DNA of 64,000 bases from an uncultured delta proteobacterium (GTDB lineage Bacteria > Myxococcota_A > Polyangia > Haliangiales > Haliangiaceae): NCBI GenBank assembly GCA_963848295.1, contig CAWKDB010000010.1:4320001-4384000 (forward strand). The letters run 5' to 3'. Shown here one piece after another: positions 61,892 to 64,000 of the stretch (the first letter of the stretch is position 1; the number at the start of each line of letters is the position of its first letter). The notes beneath the pieces were generated by a model. The model was not told the origin of the DNA and ran no database searches. It worked only from the letters and a program-made list of their open reading frames with translations. A program made the position numbers and the translations under genes.

Positions 61892-62263
61892 ATGATTCGC
61901 TTAACCTTGCTGTTGTCTGTTTCGCTACTTGCCTGCAGCTCAGGAGCCGAGCTCGACGTGACCTCGCGATCAGGGGCGTCGTCGCTCCAGACCACGTCGA
62001 GCGAATGGTACTGGGTCGAGATTCAAGACTGCTACCCGCCCCCAGACGGTGGCTGTGACGAGAGTTACCCCGATACCTTCGGCGTGGCGTCCGAGGATCT
62101 GACGATCGCGAAGATCACCACGATCACGCAATCCGACGGTTCCTCGAGCGGCGAGTTCGAAGTGACGGGCGTCGCACCCGGCGATGCGACGATCGACGTC
62201 GTCGGCGAGTCGAACGATAATGAGTACACGACCTCGTTCGTCGTTCACGTCGTTGCGGAGTGA
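61892..62263 (+). CDS. Small hypothetical lipoprotein (possibly Ig-like)
   Basis: MIRLTLLLSVSLLACS lipobox; S.D..IA.I...VTGVAPG.ATI.V pattern. Confidence 0.7.
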   Translation: MIRLTLLLSVSLLACSSGAELDVTSRSGASSLQTTSSEWYWVEIQDCYPPPDGGCDESYPDTFGVASEDLTIAKITTITQSDGSSSGEFEVTGVAPGDATIDVVGESNDNEYTTSFVVHVVAE

Positions 62264-62267
62264 CGCG

Positions 62268-64000
62268 CTACGAAGCGACGACGCGTGCGCTCGGGGTCGA
62301 ATCGCGCCGACGCCGCGTGATCCACCACGCGGCGAGGCAGGTCGCCGGCCACATCAGCCAGGACGCGTTCGCCCACCACGGGCGTTCGAACCGCATCTCG
62401 ATCGTGTGCTCGCCGACCGGCGCATCGACCGCGAGAAAGTCTGGCGTGACGCGGCGAACGAAGGTCTCGTCGCCGTCGATGTACGCGTGCCATCGCGGAT
62501 GCCAGCTCTCGCGGATCACGAACGTGGTCGGCTTGTCGACGTGAACCTTCGCGACGATATCGGACTCGTCGCCGGGCGAGTCTTGCCGCCACCAACGCAG
62601 CACGCTACCCGCGGGGGCGTCGCCGGCTTGGCCATAACCATCGTAGGCCATCACTTCGTTCGCGGTCGGATGCTGGCTCCGCAACCAGTCGAGCGCGGCT
62701 TTGTGGCCGGGCTCGTTCTTGCGCGTACCGGCGGGCAAGACTGCGATCACCCGAACCGGCGCGACCAGGCCGTCGGCGGGGAATCGGCGGACCTGGTAGT
62801 GCGCGGTGGTCGCGATGACGTCGCCACCGCGGACCTTGTCGGCCTTGTCCTTCGAGTTGACGTAGTACGGCGCGTCGTAGATCCACGCGTTCTTCGCGGT
62901 GTCGCGACCGGTCCACAAGAAGTCGTAGTTCGGGCTCGCCTGCAGGCCGCCGCCGCCCATCTGCAACAGGCCGGGGATCCGGTCGAACACGTAGGGCAGC
63001 ATGTTCCACCAATGGTTCCCGGCGCCTTCACCGGCTTGCTTGCGGCCCGGCGGCAGCGCGTCGATCACAGCGTCGACTTGGGCCAGCTCGGCGCGATCGC
63101 CGAACGTACCGACGCGAGAGATCAGCGCGGCGAACCCCTGCGGAACGGAGACCGCGAGCATCGCCGCGGCAGCAGCGGCAACCACGGTGCGCACGACCGA
63201 TTGCTGATCGAGCCATCGCCAGCCGCGCAGCACGATCGCCGCGACCAGCGCGACGACGAGTACGGTCGCGACGACCCGTGCGACGACGAGGACATCGAAC
63301 CAGTTTGCCGGGAACCAGTTCGCCACATGGACGATCCACTCGATCGCGTCGATGATGTGACCGGGGAACGACAGCCACACCCACAGCAACACGATCAACG
63401 CGACCACCGCCGCGGTGAAGATCATCGCGAACCGCGCGAGCCACGAGCCGTCGGGCTCGTCCCACACGCGCTTGAACACGATCAGCGTACCCGCGCCGAC
63501 GGCCAGGGCGAGCGTGATCTGCATCGCGCCGAGGAACCGCACCATCGGGAACAAGTCGTCTTGGGTCTGACCGAGGTGCGGTCCGAGGCCGAGCAGCAGC
63601 GCGAACACCGCCGCCGGGGTCCACAGCCAGCGGAAGTACTTGCCGCGCGCGAAGATCGCGCAGAACGGGACGAGCCACGTGAACACTGGGGCGCGCCAGA
63701 TGTCGACGTTGCCCATGCGCCGGCCGTAATCGAGGATGCCGCCGGTGAAGTAGCCGACGAAGTTCGGGTTCGTGCGGCCGAACAACAGCCCCTTGAAGCC
63801 GGGTCCGATCTCGTCGTTGACGCGGTGAGGGAAGCCGCCGAACCCGGAGTAGTCGACGAGCAACGTGATCCAGCCCGGCACGGTCGCGATGATCAGCGCC
63901 GCGCCGAGGATGACGAGGCGATGAAACTGGAACACGCGCGCGCGCACCTCGGGGTCGCGCCATGGCACGTCGTACTCGCGCAGGAACACGATGAGCGCGA
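62268..64000 (-). CDS. Multi-pass membrane protein with YfhO-like C-terminus (possible GT-C glycosyltransferase), 5' truncated
   Basis: Many TM segments; C-terminal IRESWHPRWHAYIDG...FLAV...GEH.IEMRF followed by a TM. Confidence 0.7.
   Translation of the reverse strand, partial: ALIVFLREYDVPWRDPEVRARVFQFHRLVILGAALIIATVPGWITLLVDYSGFGGFPHRVNDEIGPGFKGLLFGRTNPNFVGYFTGGILDYGRRMGNVDIWRAPVFTWLVPFCAIFARGKYFRWLWTPAAVFALLLGLGPHLGQTQDDLFPMVRFLGAMQITLALAVGAGTLIVFKRVWDEPDGSWLARFAMIFTAAVVALIVLLWVWLSFPGHIIDAIEWIVHVANWFPANWFDVLVVARVVATVLVVALVAAIVLRGWRWLDQQSVVRTVVAAAAAAMLAVSVPQGFAALISRVGTFGDRAELAQVDAVIDALPPGRKQAGEGAGNHWWNMLPYVFDRIPGLLQMGGGGLQASPNYDFLWTGRDTAKNAWIYDAPYYVNSKDKADKVRGGDVIATTAHYQVRRFPADGLVAPVRVIAVLPAGTRKNEPGHKAALDWLRSQHPTANEVMAYDGYGQAGDAPAGSVLRWWRQDSPGDESDIVAKVHVDKPTTFVIRESWHPRWHAYIDGDETFVRRVTPDFLAVDAPVGEHTIEMRFERPWWANASWLMWPATCLAAWWITRRRRDSTPSARVVAS

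Overview
High-GC, gene-dense bacterial chromosome segment. It is most likely from a myxobacterium (Myxococcota); this is inferred from sigma54 activators with FHA/GAF domains, eukaryotic-like Ser/Thr kinases, DUF4388- and AgmX-like proteins, three PilT paralogs, many LAAC-type lipoproteins and a Myxococcus-type LexA box. Housekeeping genes include lolC/E-like permeases, fabI, recC-recB-recD, alaS, gshA, pyrE, nadB and a three-subunit xanthine-dehydrogenase-family enzyme. No rRNA, tRNA, CRISPR array, integrase or transposase was seen. The most interesting region is a ~6.7 kb block (39074-45768) bounded by a 15-bp direct repeat. It encodes (1) a Ser/Thr kinase-STAND NTPase-TM-WD40 receptor whose WD40 half is visibly lower in GC, (2) an unannotated 49-aa double-glycine-leader peptide with core IAEQRICHPC behind a candidate sigma54 promoter, (3) a SAM methyltransferase and (4) a GRDP/DUF1399-like protein. 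Together these form a candidate modified-peptide signal/receptor cassette. Other elements missing from the ORF track: a 59-aa Cys/His-rich gene coupled to recD, a REP/MITE-like inverted repeat, a candidate sRNA, a LexA box, a TetR operator and widespread apparent leaderless promoters. All family assignments come from motif recognition by eye, not from database searches.
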